28,480 bases of DNA from Candidatus Hadarchaeota archaeon (GTDB lineage Archaea > CAYQAE01 > CAYVLA01): positions 1 through 28,480 of the forward strand of contig CAYVLA010000036.1 in the NCBI GenBank assembly GCA_964452145.1, in the 5' to 3' direction. The stretch's first letter is position 1. Each line of letters opens with the position of its first letter. A model generated the notes under the pieces. It saw only the letters and a program-made list of their open reading frames with translations. It was not told where the DNA came from and made no database searches. Positions 1 to 7,584 of the stretch are shown piece after piece. Made by a program: the position numbers and the translations under genes.

Positions 1-104
1 GGGCTGAGGAGGGGGCTGAGGAGGAGGGAATCGAAGCGGGAGACAAGGGTCTCTCAGACGATGATGTCATCAAGCGGGAGACCGGCGCCGATGAAACGGA
101 GTAA
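1..104 (+). CDS. 3' end of an upstream gene with an acidic low-complexity tail, probably ribosomal protein uS5 by synteny (partial)
   Basis: Open frame 3..104 reads AEEGAEEEGIEAGDKGLSDDDVIKRETGADETE* and ends just before rpl30. S5 normally precedes L30 in archaea, but no S5 motif is visible in the window. Confidence 0.5.
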   Translation, partial: AEEGAEEEGIEAGDKGLSDDDVIKRETGADETE

Positions 105-122
105 AGATGGCTGGTGCGTTCA

Positions 123-587
123 ATGAAGCTTGCTGTAGTCAGGATCAGAGGTCGCGTCAACGTCCCCAGAGAGATCAAGCGCATCCTTGCTCAACTGGGT
201 CTCAAGGGGCCCAACAACGTTGTGCTCGTAGAGGACGACGAGACTTACCGGGGGATGCTGCAGAGAGTCAGACATCTGGTTGCCTACGGTATCCCGTCCA
301 AGGAGATCATAGAGCTTCTGCTTCGCAAGAGAAGCGAGGTTCAAGGTCTGGGGAGACTCACTGACGAGCATCTGGCTGGTCACACGGCCTACCCGTCAGT
401 TTCGGCCTTTGCCGAAGCTCTTCAACAGGGGAAGGCCACCTTGAAGGATGTCCCAATGTTGAAGCGCACATTTCGGTGCAGCCCGCCGTCAAAGGGGTAC
501 AAGAGCGTCAAAAAATCCCGCGCGGAAGGGGGCTCCCTCGGTAATTGGGGCAGGGACATCGATGAGTTGTTGTACAGAATGATCTAG
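123..587 (+). CDS. rpl30: 50S ribosomal protein uL30 (long archaeal form)
   Basis: MKLAVVRIRGRVNV...GMLQRVRHLVAYG...PPSKGYKSVKK...GGSLGNWG...LLYRMI. ATG 123 is preferred over GTG 114. Confidence 0.96.
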   Translation: MKLAVVRIRGRVNVPREIKRILAQLGLKGPNNVVLVEDDETYRGMLQRVRHLVAYGIPSKEIIELLLRKRSEVQGLGRLTDEHLAGHTAYPSVSAFAEALQQGKATLKDVPMLKRTFRCSPPSKGYKSVKKSRAEGGSLGNWGRDIDELLYRMI

Positions 588-597
588 GCTGATTGAG

Positions 598-1083
598 TTG
601 GCTCTGAAAAACAGGAAGACGCGAAGGTACAGAGGAAGCAGGCATTGTGGTGGCGGAAACGTCAAGATGAGACGAGGCGCCGGACACAGAGGCGGGAGGG
701 GAAACGCCGGCATGTACAAGCATCACAAGAGCTGGTACATCAGATACGACCCGTCCGCGTTCATCCATAAGGGCCCCGGTCGCCCGGACGTGCCCCGGAC
801 GATCGCAAGGGCCATCAACGTCCGAACCCTCGAGGAGAGGGCTGAGGAATTGGTCTCATCAGGGCTCGCCGAGAGGAAGGAAGACAGAATACACTTGGAT
901 CTCTCCAGGATCGGATTCGACAAGCTGTTGGGTGGCGGTGTAGCGAGGAACGCCTGGGTGTTGATTGCCAAGAGTTCCAGCCGCACGGCATCCAGAAAGA
1001 TCTCCGAGGCCGGCGGCGAGGTCCGCGTCGAGGCGACTGAGAAGGTCGAGCCCAAGGAGACTTCGAAAGATAGCCAAGAATAG
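598..1083 (+). CDS. rpl15: 50S ribosomal protein uL15
   Basis: RKTRRYRGSRHCGGG...RGAGHRGGRGNAG, KLLGGG and KISEAGG motifs; lies between L30 and secY. Confidence 0.96.
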   Translation: MALKNRKTRRYRGSRHCGGGNVKMRRGAGHRGGRGNAGMYKHHKSWYIRYDPSAFIHKGPGRPDVPRTIARAINVRTLEERAEELVSSGLAERKEDRIHLDLSRIGFDKLLGGGVARNAWVLIAKSSSRTASRKISEAGGEVRVEATEKVEPKETSKDSQE

Positions 1084-1089
1084 AGGCAG

Positions 1090-2460
1090 GTGATCGGCTT
1101 GTCCAGACTGGAGATCCTTGATCCCATACTCAGATTCCTACCAGAGGTGGACAAGCCCAAGAGACACGTCGCCTTCAAGGAGAAGTTCATGTGGACTGGC
1201 GGAGTGCTGATATTGTACTTCGCCCTTCTGAGCATCCCTGTCTACGGCGTCTCAAAGACGGGCCTGGACATCTTCGGCGCCCTCAGGGCCGTGCTGGCCG
1301 GGAGCCAGTACTCGATACTTGCCCTCGGCATCGGGCCCATCGTCACCGCGAGCATAGTGCTGCAACTCCTGGTCGGCGGGAAGATAATCGACCTCGACCT
1401 CAGCCAGCCGGATCAGAGAGCGCTTTTCCAGGGAACCCAGAAGCTGCTGACCATCATCCTCTGCTTTTTCGAAGGGTTAGTCTACAGCTACTCCTACCAA
1501 TTGGCGGTCCCGCTGTGGATCGTGGTGATTCAGCTCGCCATGGGCGGCATATTAGTCATGTTCCTGGATGAGATCGTCTCCAAGTGGGGAATCGGGAGCG
1601 GGGTGGGCCTTTTCATCGCAGCTGGTGTCTCCCAGGCAATAGTCCAAGGATCGATCAACCCCCTCCCGGACCCCAATAGCGGCCAGATACTCGGTGCCAT
1701 CCCGGCTTTCATCGCCTCCCTCCTTAGAGGTTCTCCGCAGATCTGGAGGCCCGATCCTCTGCCGAGCCTCGTGTCGGTATTCTTCACCATCGTCGTCTTC
1801 CTCATCGTGGTCTATGCCGAAAGCATGCGGGTGGAGATACCCCTCTCCTACAGCAGGGTGGGGATGAAGGGCCGATATCCCATCAGGTTCGTCTACACGT
1901 CAAACATCCCAGTCATCCTGACCATGGCACTGTTCGCCAATGTCCAGCTGTGGGCAAGCGTCCTCAGCTCAAGGGGGATACACATCCTAGGGAAGCTTGT
2001 GGACAACCGTCCGGTTTCGGGCCTTGCCCTGTACCTCCGCCACCCCGGCGACATCTTCAGCTATGGGAACCAGCCCGGCTACGCGGCACATGCACTGATC
2101 TACCTGGGCCTCGTCGTTGTGAGCTGCGTCATCTTCGCCGTGCTCTGGAGCGAGCTAACCAATGTGGGGCCGAAGGAAGTGGCAAAGCAGATCCACTCAT
2201 CGGGAATGCACATACCCGGCTTCCGAAAGGATAGGAGGATCATAGAGAAGATCTTGGAACGATACATACCGGCCGTGACCGTACTGGGCGGGATCTTCGT
2301 CGGGCTTCTGGCAACGTTTGCGGATCTGACCAATGCGCTGGGGTCTGGAACCGGTGTGCTGCTCACCGTCGGAATAGTCTACCAGCTGTATCAGGAGATC
2401 CAGCGGGAGCAGGCGGCGGAGATGTTCCCCCTGGTCCGGGACTTCCTCGGGAGGGGCTGA
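1090..2460 (+). CDS. secY: Preprotein translocase subunit SecY (Sec61alpha-type)
   Basis: LPEVDKP, LGIGPIVTASIVLQLL, KWGIGSGVGLFI, YPIRFVYTSNIPVIL, IPGFR and GTGVLLTV; about 10 TM helices. Confidence 0.98.
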   Translation: MIGLSRLEILDPILRFLPEVDKPKRHVAFKEKFMWTGGVLILYFALLSIPVYGVSKTGLDIFGALRAVLAGSQYSILALGIGPIVTASIVLQLLVGGKIIDLDLSQPDQRALFQGTQKLLTIILCFFEGLVYSYSYQLAVPLWIVVIQLAMGGILVMFLDEIVSKWGIGSGVGLFIAAGVSQAIVQGSINPLPDPNSGQILGAIPAFIASLLRGSPQIWRPDPLPSLVSVFFTIVVFLIVVYAESMRVEIPLSYSRVGMKGRYPIRFVYTSNIPVILTMALFANVQLWASVLSSRGIHILGKLVDNRPVSGLALYLRHPGDIFSYGNQPGYAAHALIYLGLVVVSCVIFAVLWSELTNVGPKEVAKQIHSSGMHIPGFRKDRRIIEKILERYIPAVTVLGGIFVGLLATFADLTNALGSGTGVLLTVGIVYQLYQEIQREQAAEMFPLVRDFLGRG

Positions 2461-2466
2461 AGCCGT

Positions 2467-3309
2467 ATGAGAGCCATGTTCTCGGCAGTCACATTCTACG
2501 CGTTGATCCTTTCGATTGGCGCGGGTCTTTGCCAGCAATACTCACTTGAGGTGCTGAACCTCAGCGTGGTGGAGGGACAGAACGTGACCTATCGAGTCAC
2601 GGTCGAATACCCCGCCCTGACCAACCTGTCCGTCCAACAGACCTTCATCGGGCCCGAGGGAGCCATGGTCATCCTTGACCCGGTGGCAGGCGTTGCTCCA
2701 AATAGCACCCACCACTGGAGGACTCCCTTCAACAAGGAGGGGAGCTGGACTTTGAAGGTGTTGGTCACCGGAGTCGATTTCGAGAACGCCCGGTTCGTGA
2801 GCGAGAGCTTGGAAGCCGGCTTCAACGTAACAAAGATGATGAGCGAAAGGAACCCGAAATACGTCATACTCGTCCTTGGTGCCGTCACCTCGCTGCTGAC
2901 CACCGTGCTCAGCTACCTCATGATCGACCAGAAGCGTGCCAAGATGGTGAGGGAGAAGGTCAGCGAGTTCCAAAAGGAGATGATGGCCGCCCAGCGGAGC
3001 GGCGACCAGAAGAGGATAGCCAAGATGCGCAAGAGACAATCCGAGATGATGGCACTCCAGTCCGAGATGATGAAGGGCCAGCTGAAGCCCATGATCATCT
3101 ACATGCTTCCCCTCTTCGCCGTCTTCTACTTCCTCCAGTCACAGTACAACCTGATCCCGGTGATCGAGCTGCCCTTCAGGTTAGGGTTTATGCAATTCTT
3201 CCATCAGAACAATGCGATAAGCCCCGATCAGTTCGGCTTCATTGCCTGGTATTTTGCCTCGGCCACCTGGTTTGGGTCCATATTCAGAAAAGTACTGGGA
3301 GTTGTGTGA
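2467..3309 (+). CDS. DUF106 / EMC3-TMCO1 (Oxa1 superfamily) insertase with an extra N-terminal signal peptide and beta-rich extracellular domain
   Basis: C-terminal ~150 aa: TM, then a Met/Gln/Lys-rich coiled coil (QKEMMAAQRSGDQKRIAK), KPMIIYMLP and FGFIAWYF...FRKVLGV. Typical position after secY. Confidence 0.9.
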   Translation: MRAMFSAVTFYALILSIGAGLCQQYSLEVLNLSVVEGQNVTYRVTVEYPALTNLSVQQTFIGPEGAMVILDPVAGVAPNSTHHWRTPFNKEGSWTLKVLVTGVDFENARFVSESLEAGFNVTKMMSERNPKYVILVLGAVTSLLTTVLSYLMIDQKRAKMVREKVSEFQKEMMAAQRSGDQKRIAKMRKRQSEMMALQSEMMKGQLKPMIIYMLPLFAVFYFLQSQYNLIPVIELPFRLGFMQFFHQNNAISPDQFGFIAWYFASATWFGSIFRKVLGVV

Positions 3310-3310
3310 G

Positions 3311-3571
3311 ATGCCGACAAGAAGCCACAGATCGGGTTCCTTCAGGAGAACTGGAAAGCGGACCTTGTCAGGGGTTCGCGTGCGGATGAAGAGGAAAGGC
3401 CCTGGCAGACCGCGATGCGCGTGCGGAAGGCCTCTTAGCTCCGTGGCTCGGGTGCGGGGCGTTGAGTCCAAGTCAAGCCGGAAGTCCAACCGACCCTACG
3501 GGGGTTCCCTCTGCCCGGTGTGCGCAAGACACAAGGCCCTAGCGGACGCACGGGGGCAGCTGCAGAGCTGA
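3311..3571 (+). CDS. rpl34e: 50S ribosomal protein eL34
   Basis: MPTRSHRSGSFRR...RTLSG...CACGRPLSSV...RPYGGSLCPVC; ATG 3311 directly follows the DUF106 stop. Confidence 0.92.
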   Translation: MPTRSHRSGSFRRTGKRTLSGVRVRMKRKGPGRPRCACGRPLSSVARVRGVESKSSRKSNRPYGGSLCPVCARHKALADARGQLQS

Positions 3572-4113
3572 TGGCGATGCCGACGATCACCGTCGGAGGC
3601 TTGCCCGGAAGCGGCAAGAGCACCTTCGCGAGATTGCTGGCGGAGAGACTTGGCATCGAGTACCTTAGCGCAGGGCAGATCTTCAGGGCAATGGCGGATG
3701 AAAGCGGGATCAGCTTGGAGGAGTTCTCCAGGCGGGCCGAGTCCGACCACGAGATCGACAGGAAGATCGATCAGGCTCAGGTCCGCATGGCGAGGGACAG
3801 GGATGTGGTCATCGATTCCAGGCTCAGCGCATGGGTCATTGAGAAGCCGAGTCTGAAGGTCTGCCTGATAGCAGACTACCAGGAGAGGTCAAGAAGGATA
3901 GCCCAGCGGGATGGTATCTCGATGGAAGAAGCTATCAGGCGGGTGAAGCAGAGGGAGGAGAGCGAGAGAAGTAGGTACATGGACATTTACGGAATCGATC
4001 TCCGGGATATGGAGATTTATGACATCGTGGTCAACAGCGGGAGGTTCCTCCCGGACCAGATAGTGGCCATCGTGCTGAAGGCGTTTGACATCGCAGGTGC
4101 AAGAGAATCGTGA
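3571..4113 (+). CDS. cmk: Cytidylate kinase (archaeal type)
   Basis: ITVGGLPGSGKST P-loop, SAGQIFR, IDRKID and RYMDIYGID; TGATG overlap with rpl34e. Confidence 0.93.
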   Translation: MAMPTITVGGLPGSGKSTFARLLAERLGIEYLSAGQIFRAMADESGISLEEFSRRAESDHEIDRKIDQAQVRMARDRDVVIDSRLSAWVIEKPSLKVCLIADYQERSRRIAQRDGISMEEAIRRVKQREESERSRYMDIYGIDLRDMEIYDIVVNSGRFLPDQIVAIVLKAFDIAGARES

Positions 4114-4132
4114 GATGAGAAGGAGGTTTGAC

Positions 4133-4390
4133 ATGATCGAAGTCGGACGAGTCTGTACCAAGATCGTTGGGAACGACTGCGGTAAGAAGTGCGTGGTTGT
4201 GGACCAGATCGACAAGAACTTCGTCTTGGTGACCGGACCGGAGAAGATATCCGGAGTGAAGAGGCGGCGCTGCAACGTCCGCCATCTGGAGCCCCACCGG
4301 ACCAAGATAGATATCCGAAAGAGAGCGGAGGATGAGGAGATAATCAAGATCCTTGAGACCTCCGGTTTGCTAGAGGAGTTCATATCCTGA
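4133..4390 (+). CDS. rpl14e: 50S ribosomal protein eL14
   Basis: MIEVGRVCTK...KKCVVVDQIDKNFVLVTGP...GVKRRRCNVRHLEP; SD AGGAGGT at 4121-4127. Confidence 0.95.
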   Translation: MIEVGRVCTKIVGNDCGKKCVVVDQIDKNFVLVTGPEKISGVKRRRCNVRHLEPHRTKIDIRKRAEDEEIIKILETSGLLEEFIS

Positions 4391-4401
4391 AGGGCCCATC
4401 A

Positions 4402-5388
4402 TTGTTCTGGGCTGGGGGATCGGCCACCGACGTTGAGATATACCTCAGATCGAAGGAGTCCACGGATCCTCGCTACGGCAACCTCCCCGAGCAACGTCCG
4501 GTGGATGAGCTTCTGAAGATCGGCTTGATCAACCTAGACAAGCCCAGGGGCCCCACATCCCATCAGGTGGTGGCCTGGGTTAAGGACATACTCAAGGTCA
4601 GGAAAGCCGGCCACGGCGGCACGCTTGATCCGAAGGTCTCGGGGGTCCTGCCGGTGGCCTTGGAGCGCTCCACACGGTTGGTCAAGTACCTCCTGGGCTC
4701 GGATAAGACCTACATCTGTGTCATGACCCTGCATGGAGACGTCACGGAACAGAACCTAATGGACGTTTTCGCGGACTTCACCGGGACGATCCTCCAGACC
4801 CCGCCTGTCAAGTCGGCGGTGAAGCGGGAATCCAGGGAGCGCGTCATACATGCGCTGAATCTGTTGGAGAGGCGGGGGCGGGATGTCCTGTTTGAGGTTG
4901 TATGCGAGGCTGGTACATACGTCAGGAAGCTCTGCCGTGACATGGGGGAGGCCCTGTTGGTGGGTGCAAACATGGCCGAGCTGAGGCGAACCGGCTCCGG
5001 AGGCTTCTCCGAAAGAGATTCGTGCACGCTGCAAGATCTGGTTGACGCGATGCATTATCTCAGAGATGGTGGAGACGAGGCCGAGATCAGGAGGCTCGTG
5101 ATGCCTGTGGAGCGCTTCGTCGGGGACCTGCCCAAGATCTGGGTGAGGGACACGGCAGTGGAGGCTTTGTGCAACGGGGCCGATCTCGCGCTGCCGGGCA
5201 TCGTCAAGTGTGAAAGCACCGTTGTCTCCGGCGGTTTGGTTGCGGTCCTTACCTTGAAGGACGAACTGGTTGGCATCGGGTCAAGCAAAATGACTGCGAA
5301 GCAGATCTTCGAGGGCGAGGCCGGTATCGCGGCCGACCTTGACAGGATAGTGATGGAAAGGGGAGTCTACCCGCGATACTGGAAATGA
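4402..5388 (+). CDS. cbf5: Pseudouridine synthase Cbf5 (H/ACA-guided, tRNA Psi55) with PUA domain
   Basis: LDKPRGPTSHQV, GHGGTLDPKVSGVLP (catalytic Asp), QTPPVKSAVKR, CEAGTYVRKLC, ELRRT; C-terminal PUA domain ending YPRYWK. Confidence 0.96.
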   Translation: MFWAGGSATDVEIYLRSKESTDPRYGNLPEQRPVDELLKIGLINLDKPRGPTSHQVVAWVKDILKVRKAGHGGTLDPKVSGVLPVALERSTRLVKYLLGSDKTYICVMTLHGDVTEQNLMDVFADFTGTILQTPPVKSAVKRESRERVIHALNLLERRGRDVLFEVVCEAGTYVRKLCRDMGEALLVGANMAELRRTGSGGFSERDSCTLQDLVDAMHYLRDGGDEAEIRRLVMPVERFVGDLPKIWVRDTAVEALCNGADLALPGIVKCESTVVSGGLVAVLTLKDELVGIGSSKMTAKQIFEGEAGIAADLDRIVMERGVYPRYWK

Positions 5389-5457
5389 GGATTTTGGCGG
5401 ATCTGATCCCGATAGGCTGGGTAAACAGACCAGATTTGCGCTTTTATGCAATCTGGA

Positions 5458-5465
5458 TTTAAAAA
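5458..5465 (+). promoter_or_regulatory. Putative TATA box for the methyltransferase/tRNA-Ser unit
   Basis: TTTAAAAA in an AT-rich gap within GC-rich DNA, ~22-29 nt before in-frame TTG 5487. Confidence 0.4.
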
Positions 5466-6122
5466 GTGCATCAAAGTGGAATGCCGTTGAATATATCTCA
5501 GAAACGGGGCGAGGGGCTTGGCTCTCACTACTTCTCCAGGAGCCGGGCCCAACCCGGACGGTTCGGGAAGGTGACTCTGTATTTCCGGGAGCACGAGATC
5601 GATCTGCTCACGGCCCCGGGGGTCTTCTCATACCGCAGAGTCGACAAGGGTACGGCGTTACTCATCGACCTGATGGAGATACCTCAAGGTGGGTTGGTTC
5701 TGGACCTTGGATGTGGCTATGGGGCTCTGGCCGTCTGTGCAAGCTTGATGGGAGCCCGGGTGGTTGGGGTGGATATCAACGACACGGCCACGTGGCTTGC
5801 CCGCCGGAATCTATGCTCGCACGCTCAGAGTCCGTGGATCGTCGTCCTAGGGGATCTCTACAGTCCCTTCCGTGGGTGCTTCGACGCCGTACTTTGTAAC
5901 CCACCGGTGAGAACCGGTCGTGGACGTCTGAAGAGGATAGTCGAACTCGCCCCCAAATATTTAAGAGAAGCGGGAAGCCTCCAGCTCGTAATCAGTGCCA
6001 AGATGGGCGCCAGAATCCTGTCCTCCCTGATGGAGGCCTCTTTCGGGAACGTCGAGGAGGCGGGGAGGAGATCGGGCTACAGGGTCCTTATCGGCAGGCG
6101 CCGGGGTGGCAGAGTGGACTAA
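5466..6122 (+). CDS. Class I SAM-dependent methyltransferase (RsmC/MTS-like)
   Basis: SHYFS N-terminus, PGVFS..VDKGT, VLDLGCGYG (motif I), NPPVR (motif IV), GYRV. Start uncertain (5466, 5481 or 5487). Confidence 0.9.
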   Translation: MHQSGMPLNISQKRGEGLGSHYFSRSRAQPGRFGKVTLYFREHEIDLLTAPGVFSYRRVDKGTALLIDLMEIPQGGLVLDLGCGYGALAVCASLMGARVVGVDINDTATWLARRNLCSHAQSPWIVVLGDLYSPFRGCFDAVLCNPPVRTGRGRLKRIVELAPKYLREAGSLQLVISAKMGARILSSLMEASFGNVEEAGRRSGYRVLIGRRRGGRVD

Positions 6123-6220
6123 GGCTTAGGTCCGTCCAGATGCGCCAGCCTGGAGTGACGACATCACCGAGAGCTGGTGCCCCCTCGTGGGGCTCAAGGG
6201 TTCAACTCCCTTCCCCGGCG
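6100..6220 (+). tRNA. tRNA-Ser(GGA) with two introns (6122-6139 at 21/22; 6156-6171 at 37/38)
   Basis: Acceptor GCCGGGG/CCCCGGC with discriminator G. Spliced D-arm GCAGAGTGGACTA^ATGC, anticodon stem CCAGC/GCTGG with loop CTGGAG^A, long variable arm GCCCC/GGGGC, T-arm AAGGG-TTCAACT-CCCTT. Mature length 87 nt; CCA not encoded. Confidence 0.9.
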
Positions 6221-6394
6221 CTCATCATCCCCGCATGCAAGCGTGGCCCGTGGTCGGTGTGCCCACCACCTTGTGCGGCGCGTCGCCAAGTCGTCAAGGG
6301 AACATACTTCAGGGACTGCGTTTGAAGTGAAGAGAGCCTGCCCGGTCGTGATCCCGCTCGTCGGCAGAACGGATGTTGCACGGAGGCAGATCGC

Positions 6395-7525
6395 TTGGCC
6401 ATCATCGGAGAGGTCATATACATCTACATATATGACCTCGGGGGGTACCTGGACCCTGATGGCGTTGGGAAGGTCCTCCGAGTCACGCCTGAAGCCCTCA
6501 GGGGCGAACGGAAGGTGCCGACCTACCTTGCGATCAGACCGGAATCCCTGACCTGCGAGCTTCCAGCGAGACAGGTGAACATCAATGGCACCCCGACGCC
6601 CACGCGGGTGGAGGCGCGGGTTCACGCCGTCGGGGCCATATCGATCCTGTTTCGGATTCCGTTTGAGGGAAGCCTTGAGGACTTCCTTGACTACAGCTAC
6701 CCCGAGAAGCTGGTGGTCACGTCTGACCAGGGAAGGGTGGATTTCCGGAGGCTCTCCGCCGAACTGGCGGGCGAGATCGAGGCGAAGATTGCGGGCTGTC
6801 TGCATTCAACCTATGGGAAAGAGACCATCCCGGAGGAATACAGCGTCTTCTGCATCTCCAATCTCCCGCCCCTAACGGACGTCACGCAGTTCATGCAGGG
6901 GAATCGGAAGTTGTTAACGGCCATCCTGCGTGAGATAGATGATATCAGCAGGGTCTCTGAGGTGGAGTGCGAGTCGGCCTTGACGTACTCGGTGACACAC
7001 TCCTCAGATTATCTCGTGGTTGTGGACTGGGCCTCGGCGGTGATAGCGCAGACCAGTGATGACTACGAGGACTACTTGCTGGCCATCGAGCTGGCCAACT
7101 TGGAGCTCCTCGAGCTGCGGGCCTTCGACAGGCAGGTGGACCTGATGATAGATAAGGCATACTCGGATACGCGGTTCCTCTCCGGCTCACTCTGGCCTCA
7201 CATCACCTCCCCCCGCAGGTTCTCCAGAGCGATGGCCGACGTATCGAGAATGAGGGTTGAGATGGTTGATGTTCTGGACAAGGTGATGAACATTACCAAG
7301 TTCTTCGGCGACTACACCCTTGCCAGGCTCTATGAACACCTTTCAGCCCGGTTTCATCTCAAGGAATGGCAGGAGACGGTTTCAAGGAAGCTTGAGATCA
7401 TCGAGGGTCTGTACCAGGTGGTCACGGACAGGGCCACAAACCGACAGATGGTCTTGCTGGAGGCGCTGATAGTTCTGCTGATTTTGTTCGAGGTTGTCAT
7501 GTCTCTGATCCGTTACGCGGCGTGA
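6395..7525 (+). CDS. RMD1/DUF155-like protein with a C-terminal TM helix
   Basis: Helical C-terminal half (LARLYEHLSARFHLKEWQETVSRKLEII) ending LEALIVLLILFEVV, as in RMD1/DUF155 proteins; SD GGAGG before TTG. Confidence 0.6.
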   Translation: MAIIGEVIYIYIYDLGGYLDPDGVGKVLRVTPEALRGERKVPTYLAIRPESLTCELPARQVNINGTPTPTRVEARVHAVGAISILFRIPFEGSLEDFLDYSYPEKLVVTSDQGRVDFRRLSAELAGEIEAKIAGCLHSTYGKETIPEEYSVFCISNLPPLTDVTQFMQGNRKLLTAILREIDDISRVSEVECESALTYSVTHSSDYLVVVDWASAVIAQTSDDYEDYLLAIELANLELLELRAFDRQVDLMIDKAYSDTRFLSGSLWPHITSPRRFSRAMADVSRMRVEMVDVLDKVMNITKFFGDYTLARLYEHLSARFHLKEWQETVSRKLEIIEGLYQVVTDRATNRQMVLLEALIVLLILFEVVMSLIRYAA

Positions 7526-7584
7526 CGGGCCGATACGTTCCTGTGCTGATATCAGCCTCATGGTCGGTCTTGCTGGCTGGGGCC

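Noticed and set aside
4402..5388. Possible BHB intron in cbf5, as in many Crenarchaeota
   Set aside because: The ORF is continuous through GHGGTLDPKVSG with no insertion.
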